A DNA stretch of 64,000 nucleotides from assembly GCA_964016885.1 (NCBI GenBank), contig CAXHJY010001477.1, positions 1 through 64,000 of the forward strand, given 5' to 3'. Numbering within the stretch: the stretch's first letter is position 1; each line of letters begins with the position of its first letter. Position numbers and translations under genes: made by a program. The stretch comes from Eledone cirrhosa (lineage: Eukaryota). Shown in pieces: positions 33,701 to 44,060 of the stretch. The notes below the pieces were generated by a model that was not told where the DNA came from, searched no databases, and was given only the letters and a program-made list of their open reading frames with translations.

Positions 33701-35119
33701 CATTATATAATTTATATACATTATATACTTTATATACATTATATACTTTATATCCATTGTATACTTTATATATATATAATTTATTTTATATACATTATAT
33801 AATTTATATACTTTACATACATATACTTTATATACATTATATACTTTATATATATTATATACTTTATATATTTTATATACATTATATAATTTATATACAT
33901 TATATACTTTATATACATTATATACTTTATATACTTTATATACATTATATACTTTATATATATTATATACTTTATATACATTATATACTTTATATACATT
34001 ATATACTTTATATACATTATATACTTTATATACATTATATACTTTATATACATTATATACTTTATATATATTATATACTTTATATACATTATATACTTTA
34101 TATACATTATATACTTTATATATATATAATATACTTTATATACATTATATATTTTATATACATAATATACTTTATATAATTTATATACATTATATACATT
34201 ATATACTTTATATATATTACATACTTTTTATACATTATATACTTTATATAATTTATATACATTATATACATTATATACTTTATATACATTATATACTTTA
34301 TATATATTATATACATTATATACTTTATAAACATTATATACATTCTATACTTTATATATATTATATACTTTATATACATTATATACTTTATATACATTAC
34401 ATACTTTACATACATTATATACTTTATAAACATTATATACATTCTATACTTTATATATATTATATACTTTATATACATTATATACTTTATATACATTACA
34501 TAGATTACATACTTTATATATATTATATACTTTATATACATTATATACATCATATACTTTATATACATTATATACTTTTTATATATGATATACTTTATAT
34601 ACATTATATACTTTATATACGTTATATACATTATATACTTTATATACATTATATACTTTATATACATTATATATATTATATACTTTATATACATTATATA
34701 CTTTATATATATTATATACTTTATATATATTATATACTTTATATACATTATATACTTTATATATATTATATACTTTATATGTATTATATACATTATATAC
34801 TTTATATACATAATATACTTTATATACATTATATACTTTATATACATTATATACTTTATATATATATTATATACTTTATATACATTATATACTTTATATA
34901 CATTATATACATATACTTTATATATATTATATACTTTATATACATCATATACTTTATATACATTATATACGTTTTATATATGATATACATTATATACTTT
35001 ATATACATTATATACTTTATATCCATTATATACTTTATATATATTATATACTTTATATACATTATATACTTTATATATATTATATACTTTATATGTATTA
35101 TATACTTTATATACATTAT
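9798..35119. repeat. 25.3-kb satellite/minisatellite of 9-bp variant units (18-bp dimer TTATATACATTATATACT)
   Basis: Continuous array of TATATACAT, TATATACTT, TATATATAT, TATATAATT and TATATATTT units in one orientation. G is nearly absent from the plus strand. No inserted element was seen. Confidence 0.98.
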
Positions 35120-35267
35120 TTAGATTGGCAGTATCGGTAGAGGGTCGGACGCCATGCTTTGTAGCACAGTTACGTCCCTTTACGGAATGAGTTCAAATCC
35201 CGCCGAGGTTAACTTTGCCTTTCATCCTTACGGGGTCGATAAAATAAAGTACCAGTAATACACTGGG
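35120..35267 (+). mobile_element. tRNA-derived SINE, second family (GCCTTTCATCC central domain)
   Basis: Box A-like TGGCAGTATCGG and box B GAGTTCAAATCC, then GAGGTTAACTTTGCCTTTCATCCTTACGGGGTCGATAAAATAAAGTACCAGT. The same domain is inverted at 44200-44265. Confidence 0.8.
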
Positions 35268-35929
35268 ATAATTGCTTTTTTTAAAAGAATTGTCCCTCTA
35301 ATATTTTCAATAATGTCACTTTGACAAATCATAAGAAGGAAAAAAACTAAAAACAGTCCCTTATATATTTTCCGTGCTATTTCCAATTTCACTTTCTATA
35401 TTTATATATATATATATATGCATATATACATATACACATATTCAAAAGTATATATACATACTTATATATACATATGCATATATATACATAACATATTCAA
35501 AAATATATATATATATATACATCCATATACATATATATATAAATACATATACACACACACACATATGTATATATATATACATGGTGGCTGCCAACTCGTT
35601 TTCGAGTACGGCCACTACTTTATATCCATGTAGGAGAACCCCTACCGATGCGCTGAACGAGTGTGACTTTCTAGTCCAGCCAGCGACTTGAAAACTTTGG
35701 TACAAACACTACACTTGTGATAATTATTGACACATAGTGCTGGGCCCATGGTACCATGTGACGACAAGTGCAGAGAGATCTCCAGATATAAAGCAATGCC
35801 TGTGCCGTGAAGCTTTTATAGTGAGCAAAGGCACTGCACAAAGCCAGTCCCACTCTCTTAACCAAGATGATATTTACCAAAAAGAAGAACAAGTCAACAT
35901 CATTAGATACCATCAGGGTTGCAGGTGTT

Positions 35930-36175
35930 ATATCAGAGTTTTCCTTCTCCTAGAATTCTGCCTTGACAAAGGCTAAGGGGTCATCTCTCCTGGTGATTTT
36001 GGATGGCCATTGACTCTTAAGAGCTCCTTTGCCCTTTGACAGGATTTGTTTTTAGTCCTGCAGGATGTCCAAAGTCACCCTCCTCACCAAGAAACCTTGG
36101 TGGGGTTGCCAGTTTAGTCGCCAACGACCTGACCATGGGACAGATTGTACTGGGATACATGTTACCAGTAGCACC
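35930..36175 (-). mobile_element. Possible RTE-like 5'UTR fragment
   Basis: Minus-strand AAGGCAGAATTCTAGGAGAAGGAAAACTCTGA resembles AGGCAACCCATCTAGGAGAGCTACCGCTCCGA in the RTE 5'UTR at 43596; similarity judged by eye only. Confidence 0.4.
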
Positions 36176-36199
36176 ATATATATACATATGTATATATAT

Positions 36200-36244
<45 letters not shown>

Positions 36245-36258
36245 CACACACATATAAG

Positions 36259-36318
<60 letters not shown>

Positions 36319-36338
36319 TATACACATATATATAAGCA

Positions 36339-36644
36339 TAGATGAGTTGAGAAAGAAACTGTATATAAGAGGGATAAGTTGTAGTGTGTGGGAGAGAAGA
36401 CTGAGATGGTATGGACATGTGATGCACATGGAGGATGACTGCTGGGTAAAGAAGTGCCAAGAAATCCCAATAGAAGGAAGACGCAGTAGAGGAAGACCAC
36501 GAAAAACATGGGCGGAGGTTGTGAGAGCAGACCTCAGATCGCTGAAACTCACTGAGGAGATGACAAGTGGAGAGATGCTGTGCTGAATAGGACCTGTCCC
36601 ACCCTTGCAAGCAGGGAAAAGCGGACGTAAACTGATGATGATGA
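36339..36644 (+). mobile_element. 3' end of RTE family A (short 3'UTR)
   Basis: [33 protein letters not shown], then CCCTTGCAAGCAGGGAAAAGCGGACGTAAACTGATGATGATGAT. Flanked by (TA)n. Confidence 0.9.
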
Positions 36645-36698
36645 TACATAAATATATATACAAACATATATATATATACATATGTATATATATGTATA

Positions 36699-37070
36699 TC
36701 ATCATCATCATCATCATCATCATCACCGTTTTATGTCCGTACTTCCACGCAAGCATGGGTTAGACATGTTGTCCTGTTGTGGGCAGTGTCTGGTCGGCTG
36801 ACCATGCCTTGCTCATACAGGAACTGATTTGGCTTGATTTCTACAGCTGGATGCCCTTCCTAACACCAACCTCATTTACAGTGAGTACTGGGTGCTTTTT
36901 CGTGGCGCCTACATGTCCACTTTACAGTATGGGCTGGGTGCTTTTTTGCCGTGGCACCTCCACGACCACCTTGCAGTGGGGGCGTGGGGGCATATTGTCT
37001 ATATGCTTCAGCTTGTACCCATGGGAGGTCGGGTACTCTGTATTACTGTGTGATGCCAGAAGTCACGGTC
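36699..37070 (-). mobile_element. Non-autonomous RTE-related element/SINE body with (GAT)n tail
   Basis: (CAT)n, an RTE-type terminus and the CTGGATGCCCTTCCTAACACC module as in 8053-8073; no tRNA head seen. Confidence 0.7.
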
Positions 37071-37180
37071 GTATACATATATATATATATATACATATGT
37101 ATACGGTCGTATACATATATATATACATATGTATATATACATATGTATACATATATATACATATATACATATACATATAA

Positions 37181-38240
37181 TCATCATCATCATCATCATC
37201 ATTTAATGTCCATCTTCCATGGTAGTATGGGTTAGACGGTTTTGTTCCATTTGATGTGTCTCGCTTGTACAGAAGTCTCTCTGGCAGGTTTTTTACAGCT
37301 GGATGTCCTTCCTAACACCAACCACATTTACAGTGTGGACTTGGAGCCTTTTTACCGTGTCTCCTACACAACCACCTTACAGTGTGGACTGTTGTGTTAT
37401 TGACACAGTGGACGGAACGGGAGAGGGAGGATGGGGTAGGGTTTGGCAGTGGGGTGTACATTGAGTTAAGAGGTGCCTACTGACTGTAGGTTTGTATGTA
37501 ATGGCAGTCCAGTCTTCTGTACAACTGCATGACGCCAAAGATCTCGATCCAGTGACATTGTTTTAGAGAAGTGTAGGTGCGCAGGGTCAGTTTTTATCAC
37601 CGCGTCCCAGGTTTTCCTTGGTCTACCCACTCCGCAGCTTCCATCAATTTTCATTGCTCTGCACTTTTTTATACAGCTGCCGTCCATCATACACATCACA
37701 TGTCCATACCAACACAATCTCCTCTCCAGAACACATTTGATACCTCTTATGCTTAGTCTCCCTCTTAGTTCGTTTATGTTTTGCCATCCGCACACATTAC
37801 TATTACACATCCATCAGAGCATGCAAGCTTCATTTCTTTCTAATCTATGCAGTTCCTCTGCACGTAATGCCCAAGTCTCATTACCAGTGTAGCATTGCTG
37901 TTCATATACAAGCATCATACAACCTGCCTTTCATTTTCAGAGAGAAACCTTTAGTGGCCAACAGCAGTATAAGCTCTCTGAACTTTTTCCATCCAGTTCT
38001 GACTCTGGCTACTGTACTTTCAGAGCACCCTCCTCCACTGCTGATTTTATCACCCAGGTAACGGAAGCTGTCCACTATTTCTATAGAACCATCTGTGCAA
38101 TGGAAGGAGCTAGTATCCAGTGGGGACTTGCTGCTACTTATTGCACCTGAGCATCGACCACATATAAAATCTACATTCTTAGATAGCTTACCTGTGATCC
38201 CACTACATCTTTTATGTACCCATAGTTTGCATTTGGGCCA
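37181..38240 (-). mobile_element. 5'-truncated RTE family B (ORF C-terminus + long 3'UTR)
   Basis: Reverse complement of about 58175-59297: WVHKRCSGI, FRYLG, RRLCWYGHV, GRPRKTW; (CAT)n tail. Confidence 0.9.
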
Positions 38241-38356
38241 TATACATATATATATATATATATATGTATGTAAAAGGTAAACAGAAATAACAACACAATC
38301 AGTACAGTATATGGAAGGTATATATTAGGTTAACACTTGATATAGCAGGAAGAGGG

Positions 38357-38392
38357 TCTTAACGTTTCTGATGCTAGTCCTTCATCAGAAGA
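38357..38392 (-). ncRNA. Minimal type I hammerhead ribozyme-like motif in a Penelope-type 3' fragment
   Basis: Minus strand TCTT-CTGATGA-AGGACTAGCATCA-GAAAC-GTT-AAGA. Stem I and core are intact; stem II pairs poorly. Confidence 0.6.
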
Positions 38393-38632
38393 AAGAATGA
38401 GAAATAAAATAGATTGAGGAGACGGGCAGGTTGGAATTGGAAAAAATGTCTTTAGATAAAAATACATATATATATATATATATATAACAAAGGAAGTGTG
38501 GTAAGGAACCAGGTGGACCATAACACACCAGAGTACTCAATACTTAGGGTAGTAGAGTGGGTAATAGGAAAAGAGTCAGAACCCCGATGGCTCAGGTATA
38601 TATATATACACTCACGCAGATATATATATGTA

Positions 38633-39868
38633 CAGGGTGTGGACTATATCTGTTCGCAATTTTCAACTGCTAATTTTATGCAAATTTTGTTTACTCCCGT
38701 TGTCACTCTTGTCTTCATAAAAACAGTGACTATATTTCCATTATTTATTTTCAGAATAATTGATTATGAATAATTCTGAACCTCCAAATTTGTGGAAGAG
38801 ACACAGAGGACAAATAAGGAAATTTCAGACTTTCTCAGCGTCAGCAGGAGAATGGTGGAAAAGGTCAAAAAGGATTCGACTACGAAGCAACATCAGAGAG
38901 GAAAACACATGATCGACGATCTAACGCCTTCAGAACGCCCGAGTTCGTCGCTGTAGTTCAGGATATCATCAACAATGAACCTAGCAAGTCGATGCGTGCC
39001 ATTGCAAGGGAGAATCGCAGCGTGGATGAAAAGCTCATTAGGCTGGTGGTACATGAAGACATTCACTACGTTTCATACAAGATGAGGAAAGAACAATTTA
39101 TGTCAAAGGTGATGCAAGAAAAGCGACTGAAGCACGCAAAGAAGCTGATCAACAAGTTGAAACACCCACTGGAGCCAGACATGCTGTGGTTTTTCTCCGA
39201 CGAGAAAAACTTCTGCCAAGACCAGAAGATCAACTCCTAGAACAACAGGTGGCTCACTGTCTCATCCAAAGACGTGCCCAGTCATGCAGACAAAGTTTCC
39301 AGCGACAACATTGGTCTTAGGTGTCGTCAGCAGTCAAGGTGACGTCATGCCCCCTCACTTCCTCCATGAGGGCCACAAGCTGAACACCGATGGCTACATC
39401 CGCCTTCTGAGCGAGGTAGTAAAGCCCTGGATCGACCAGGTAGCTGCAGGTAGGCCGTACATGTGGCAGCAAGACTCAGCGCCCTGCCATACCAGCCAAA
39501 AGACCCAAGCCTGGCTGTCAGGGAACTTCGTCAACCACACTTCACCTGACATCTGACCTTCTTTGTGTGGGGCGCAGTGGAACGAGACACCAACAGATCT
39601 AGCTGCAATACGAAAGACGATCTGAAGGCCAGAATCACAAGTGCCTTTAGGGGCCTAAGTCGGGGGACAGTGATGAAGGCCTGTAGCCGGTTCCGAAGCC
39701 GCCTTGAGGCCGCCATCAAAGCCAATGGCATGTTTATCGAGTGAGATTGAAAGAACAAGTCATGAAGACAAACTGACCCAAGTTTGATAAATATATCTTA
39801 AAAAATAAAACTACTGTGTTACTTTTTCCTAGACAATAATCTTGTGAACAAATATCGTCCACACCCTG
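38633..39868 (+). mobile_element. Tc1/mariner DNA transposon with disrupted transposase (probably DD37D/maT type)
   Basis: About 27-bp TIRs (CAGGGTGTGGACTATATCTGTTCGCAA / TTGTGAACAAATATCGTCCACACCCTG) flanked by TA. Motifs WFFSDEKNF and WQQDSAPCH. The SPDLNP..D region is deleted before FVWGAVE. Confidence 0.9.
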
Positions 39869-39930
39869 TATATATACATATCCAAATATTAACGGAGCCA
39901 TAGACTTGTGTAAATTCTGAGCTCTTCAAA

Positions 39931-40340
39931 ATACAATATATAGAAAGGATAACACACTAGAGAGAGAGAGAGAGTGTGTGTGCCATCAATAAACAGGGAA
40001 ACCACCAGTGTATGGAATCTATAAACTACGGAAGGTAAGGTAGACATATAATAATTAAAAATATAGATCAAAATGTGTATATGCACCTCTATAATTATAT
40101 ATTCCATACGTACAAAGCCATTGGTGTTTCCATTTCAGCCATTAATATTTTGGCGAAACAAATCCCTTTGGATTTGTATGTGTGGAATATATAGTTATAG
40201 AGGTTGATTTATATTTTTAATTATTATATGTCTACCTTACCTTCCGTAGTTTATAGCTTCCATACACTGGTGGTTTCCCTGTTTATTGATGGCACACTCA
40301 CTCTCTCTCTCTAGTGTGTTATCCTTTCTACATATTGTAT
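39931..40340. repeat. About 410-bp imperfect fold-back palindrome
   Basis: 39931-40071 is the reverse complement of 40204-40340. Inner pairing continues (40085-40105 with 40183-40203; TGTTTC 40125 with GAAACA 40155). Confidence 0.9.
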
Positions 40341-40360
40341 ATATATATATATATATATAC

Positions 40361-40861
40361 AGAATGATTAATAAGACAGGTAGACATCATAAAAAGGTAA
40401 TTTATTCCAAGTGTTTACAAATGTTTCTTTAGTAGTTACACAGCCTAGTCATGCTATATGCAAATTGGTAGTTATTTATTTGCAGATACTCAATTGTCAA
40501 ATGCTGTTCGCACCATCAATTCTTCAGAACGAATGGCTGAATTATGGTTTCTTTGTATTTCTTAAAGGGAGCGATTGGGGAAGGTAGAGTAGAAAAGGAA
40601 GGGGGAAAGAAAGGGAGAGGGAGAGAGAGAGAAAGAGAGAGAGATAGATATGTAGGGGTAGGAGTAATGGGAGAGAGTGGTTTGAAGAATACAGATAGCT
40701 TAATCTAAATGTTGTTATAGGGGTCCAACAAGTGGTTTTATTATACTGCTTACTCTCAAAGTGACAACTTAGGCATTGTCTTATAACTACTAAAGAAACA
40801 TTTGTAAACACTTGGAATAAATTACCTTTTTATGATGTCTACCTGTTTTATTAATCATTCT
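40361..40861. repeat. 78-bp inverted repeat (40361-40438 / 40784-40861), probably a Penelope 3' fragment with inverted tail
   Basis: Arms are reverse complements with about 1 mismatch; the spacer has a purine-rich tract. Confidence 0.75.
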
Positions 40862-41031
40862 TTATCTACACTCCGGAATATAAAAGAATCGGAAACCAAG
40901 TTTCTTTAACTGTTCTTTTGTAACTCGTTGAGTAACCCCTCACCATACGTCGACTTTATCTAGAGTAGTAATTAACCATTACTGCATTCAGGATAATCCT
41001 AAGCATTTCTTGCATAACCTAATATACATAT

Positions 41032-41258
41032 CAGGGGCAAAGGGTGCGTGCATGCGTTATAGAATCTTGAGTTGATCAATTGTGTCGGTTGAAGCAAGCA
41101 GAATTTATACACACACTAGATAACACTACATGCGGCTTTGACCGGGAGGGTCATTTAGAGGGAATTGGGGGGGGGGGGGGGGTAAGGCTGCACATCCCCA
41201 CTTTCTGCCATGGCAATTGGACTGCATGTCCTGCTTTCCAGGTTACCCTTCGCCACTG
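41032..41258. mobile_element. Putative hAT-type MITE
   Basis: 14-bp TIRs CAGGGGCAAAGGGT / ACCCTTCGCCACTG (2 mismatches). The 8-bp flanks ATACATAT / ATATTTAT match 6 of 8. Confidence 0.5.
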
Positions 41259-41259
41259 A

Positions 41260-41327
<68 letters not shown>

Positions 41328-41334
41328 TATATAC

Positions 41335-41381
<47 letters not shown>

Positions 41382-41477
41382 TATATACATATATATACAT
41401 ATACATATATATATATATACATATATATATACATATATATATACATATACATATATATATATATATATATACATATA

Positions 41478-41875
41478 TCATCATCATCATCAACGTTTAA
41501 CGTCCGTGTTCCACGCTTGCATGGGTTTGGACGGGAGTTGTCCCACTTGAGGCAAGATTGGTTGTCTTGCTCGTAGAGGACTGTCTGGCAGGTTTTCTAC
41601 AGCTGGATGCCCTTCCTAACACCAACCACATTTACAGTGTGGGTCTGGGAGGTTTTTACCGTGTTACCTACACGGCCACATTACAGCGTTGCCTGTGTGT
41701 TTTTTTGTCGTGACACCTACACGACCTCATTTGTTTCGGGCTGGATGTTGTGACACCAACATAACTTTACATTGAAAGGGGTGGTGTGGATGGGGTGGGG
41801 GTAGTGGGACGGGGGTGTATTTTGTTAGAGGTGCCTACTGACTGTAGGTTTCGCTTTGTACTTAGGCAAGGTGGG
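41478..41875 (-). mobile_element. RTE family B 3'UTR copy
   Basis: Reverse complement of about 58903-59297 with (CAT)n tail; between (TA)n tracts. Confidence 0.85.
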
Positions 41876-41992
41876 TATATGTATATATACATATATATAC
41901 ATATATACATATATACATACATATATATATATATAAACATATATATAGTGACAAAACATAAGTCAATTGCATGAACTCATAATCCTTTATTT

Positions 41993-42048
41993 ACTGCTAT
42001 ATATATTTCGATGCTAGCCATTGAATGGCTATGACCTCATCAGGCAGT
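41993..42048 (-). ncRNA. Type I hammerhead ribozyme
   Basis: Minus strand ACTGC-CTGATGA-GGTCATAGCCATTCAATGGCTAGCATC-GAAA-TATATA-TA-GCAGT: 5-bp stem I, intact core, long stem II (TAGCCATT/AATGGCTA), palindromic stem III, AUA triplet. AATAAA follows. Confidence 0.8.
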
Positions 42049-42078
42049 TAGTCAGTTCTTAGATATGCCAGCTCTGTG

Positions 42079-42148
42079 TTTATAGTGTTGATGGTATCAG
42101 AGCCTTGCGACATATGTCGCAAGGCTCTGATACCATCAACACTATAAA
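42079..42148. repeat. 70-bp perfect spacerless palindrome
   Basis: TTTATAGTGTTGATGGTATCAGAGCCTTGCGACAT|ATGTCGCAAGGCTCTGATACCATCAACACTATAAA. Confidence 0.97.
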
Positions 42149-42712
42149 AAAAGTGCAGGGCAATAAAAATAGATGGTAACCACGGAGTAGGCAGACCCAG
42201 AAAAACCTGGGATGACTTGATAAATTCCGACCTCACACACTTACACCTCTCCAAGATAATGTCACTGGACCGAGACCTTTGGCGCTACGCAGTAATACAG
42301 AAGACCCGCCTTTCCTAAGTACAAAGTGGAACCTACAGTCAGTAGGCACCTCTTAATCAAATATACACCCCCATCCCACTACCCCCACCCCCTTCTACAC
42401 CACCCCATTCTCTGTAAATTTCTGTTGGTACCACAACATCCAGTCCGAAACAAATGAGGTCGTGTAGGTGTCACGACAAAAAAACACACAGTCCACGCTG
42501 TAATGTGGCTGTGTAGGTAACACGGTAAAAACCTCCCAGTCCACACTGTAAACGTGGTTGGTGTTAGGAAGGGCATCCAACTGTAGAAAACCCGCCAGAC
42601 AGTCCTATGCGAGCAAGACAACCACTCTTGCCTCAAGTGCGAAAACTCCCATCCAAACCCATGCAAGCATGGAAGATGGACGTTAAACGATGATGATGAT
42701 GATGATGATGAT
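42149..42712 (+). mobile_element. RTE family B 3' end
   Basis: KCRAIKIDG..GVGRPRKTW..DRDLWR, then the long 3'UTR and (GAT)n; colinear with 58750-59297. Confidence 0.9.
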
Positions 42713-42945
42713 ATATACATATATATAAATATGTATATACAAATATATATAACGAAGGAAATGTGGTAAGGAACCAGGTGGACCATCATGCACCAAAGTA
42801 CTCAATACTTAGGGTAGTAGAGTGGGTAATAAGAACGGTTCTTATTACAAATATATATAGTAATAATAATAAATTTGAAGACTAAAATCCAAAGAGGGCT
42901 CGATAAGGATAAATATATATCAAATATATAAGAACCGTAGAGCAA

Positions 42946-43056
42946 ATATTTATTAAAATAACAGATTAAAGTTTAAGCAAAGAATTGCTGCTTTCAGAAG
43001 ATCCCGTTAAGGGTGAAAGCAACGATTCTTTGCTTAAACTTTAATCTGTTATTTTA

Positions 43057-43064
<8 letters not shown>
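42946..43064. repeat. Hairpin with 51-bp arms and a 17-nt loop holding a hammerhead remnant
   Basis: 42946-42996 is the reverse complement of 43014-43064 (2 mismatches). Loop and right arm read GAAGA-TCCC-GTTAA-GGGT-GAAA. Confidence 0.85.
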
Positions 43065-43099
<35 letters not shown>

Positions 43100-43559
43100 T
43101 ATATACATATACATATATATTTTTTTTTTATGTGTGTATAGAATAGCGATAGAATAGCCGGGTTTGTGTGTATGATAACACAAACAAAAATCGAAATATT
43201 TTTTTAATTTACATTAGTCTGAATAGAGAACAAAGAGAAGATAAATGAAAAAAAAAAATTGTCAATTTCCTTCTTTGGATGTTTATATATATATATAAAT
43301 ATATGTACTAATGTCTATGTTTATATTCACATAGCTGTTTATATGTGTGTTGTGTACGTTTGTGTGTGTGTGCGCGTGTATATATATGGAATAGAGATAG
43401 AATAGCCGGGTTTGTGTGTATGATAAAAGATGCTAGGAAATCGCCATTTCCCATCCCAACCACCTGCACCACCTCCACCACCCTCCAGTGTGCATGCCTG
43501 GCACAGTATGCTAAAAACTTGTGCACATAGCATGTTAAACCAAGTTCCTCTCAGAGCAG

Positions 43560-44060
43560 ATACGGAGCAGATGGAGGGTCCGAAAGCCGTAGAATAGGCA
43601 ACCCATCTAGGAGAGCTACCGCTCCGAATAAAATGGTGCAGGGTAGAGAAGCCCCTAAGTCAAGTAAGACGACTTCCCTAAATAAAAGCACCCAGTCCAT
43701 GCTGTAAAGTGGTGCTGGTGTTAGGAAGAGCGTCCAACCTGTATATTAATGCCAAAACAAATATGAGCACAACAAAGAGTTTATATAGCAATAACTGCGT
43801 GAACAACAATAACACTAACCATGTTAGGACTGTGCACGGTAGTGGGGTGGCTGGTGCAGCCATGTACGAGAAACCCCCGACCATCAACAAGCAATCACAC
43901 AACATGAACACGATTATAAACAATTTTTCTTTGCCGAGAAGGAAGAAGTTTCAACGAAAGACGTCACATCATTTAATGTTGACACCCTGACAGGTAGATC
44001 TGGTGAGATAGTGGAGATGCTAGAGAGAAGACATGTGGATGTGTGCTGCATGCAAAAGGT
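43560..44060 (+). mobile_element. RTE/BovB-type 5'UTR plus start of the endonuclease
   Basis: Ends in FNVDTLTGRSGEIVEMLERRHVDVCCMQK (APE N-terminus). The upstream UTR holds AAAAGCACCCAGTCCATGCTGTAAAGTGGTGCTGGTGTTAGGAAGAGCGTCC. Confidence 0.75.

Noticed and set aside
9798-35119. Telomeric or CRISPR-like array
   Set aside because: No TTAGGG-like unit, it is flanked by ordinary DNA on both sides, and there are no unique spacers or cas genes.
9707-35123. Dozens of long ORFs (up to 557 aa) of YIKYIM / YTLYTL / YILYIH type
   Set aside because: The 9-bp unit is a multiple of 3 and lacks stops in several frames, so ORFs appear on both strands automatically. They have no coding complexity.
38485-38600. 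About 85-bp sequence repeated at 42749-42833 (and a 45-bp direct repeat at about 43135/43385)
   Set aside because: Real dispersed-repeat fragments, but too short to assign to a family or function.
40490-40532. Minus-strand CTGAAGA followed by a possible long stem II
   Set aside because: GAAA and stems I/III cannot be assigned; too degenerate to call a hammerhead.
42092-42103. TGGTATCAGAGC, the tRNA-iMet primer-binding site of plant LTR retrotransposons
   Set aside because: No LTR ending in CA upstream and no gag/pol. It lies inside a palindrome next to a Penelope-type hammerhead, so it is probably chance.
43560-43680. HDV-like ribozyme at the RTE 5' end
   Set aside because: Such ribozymes are known in some RTE 5'UTRs, but I could not fold the nested double pseudoknot by eye here or at 44500-44635.
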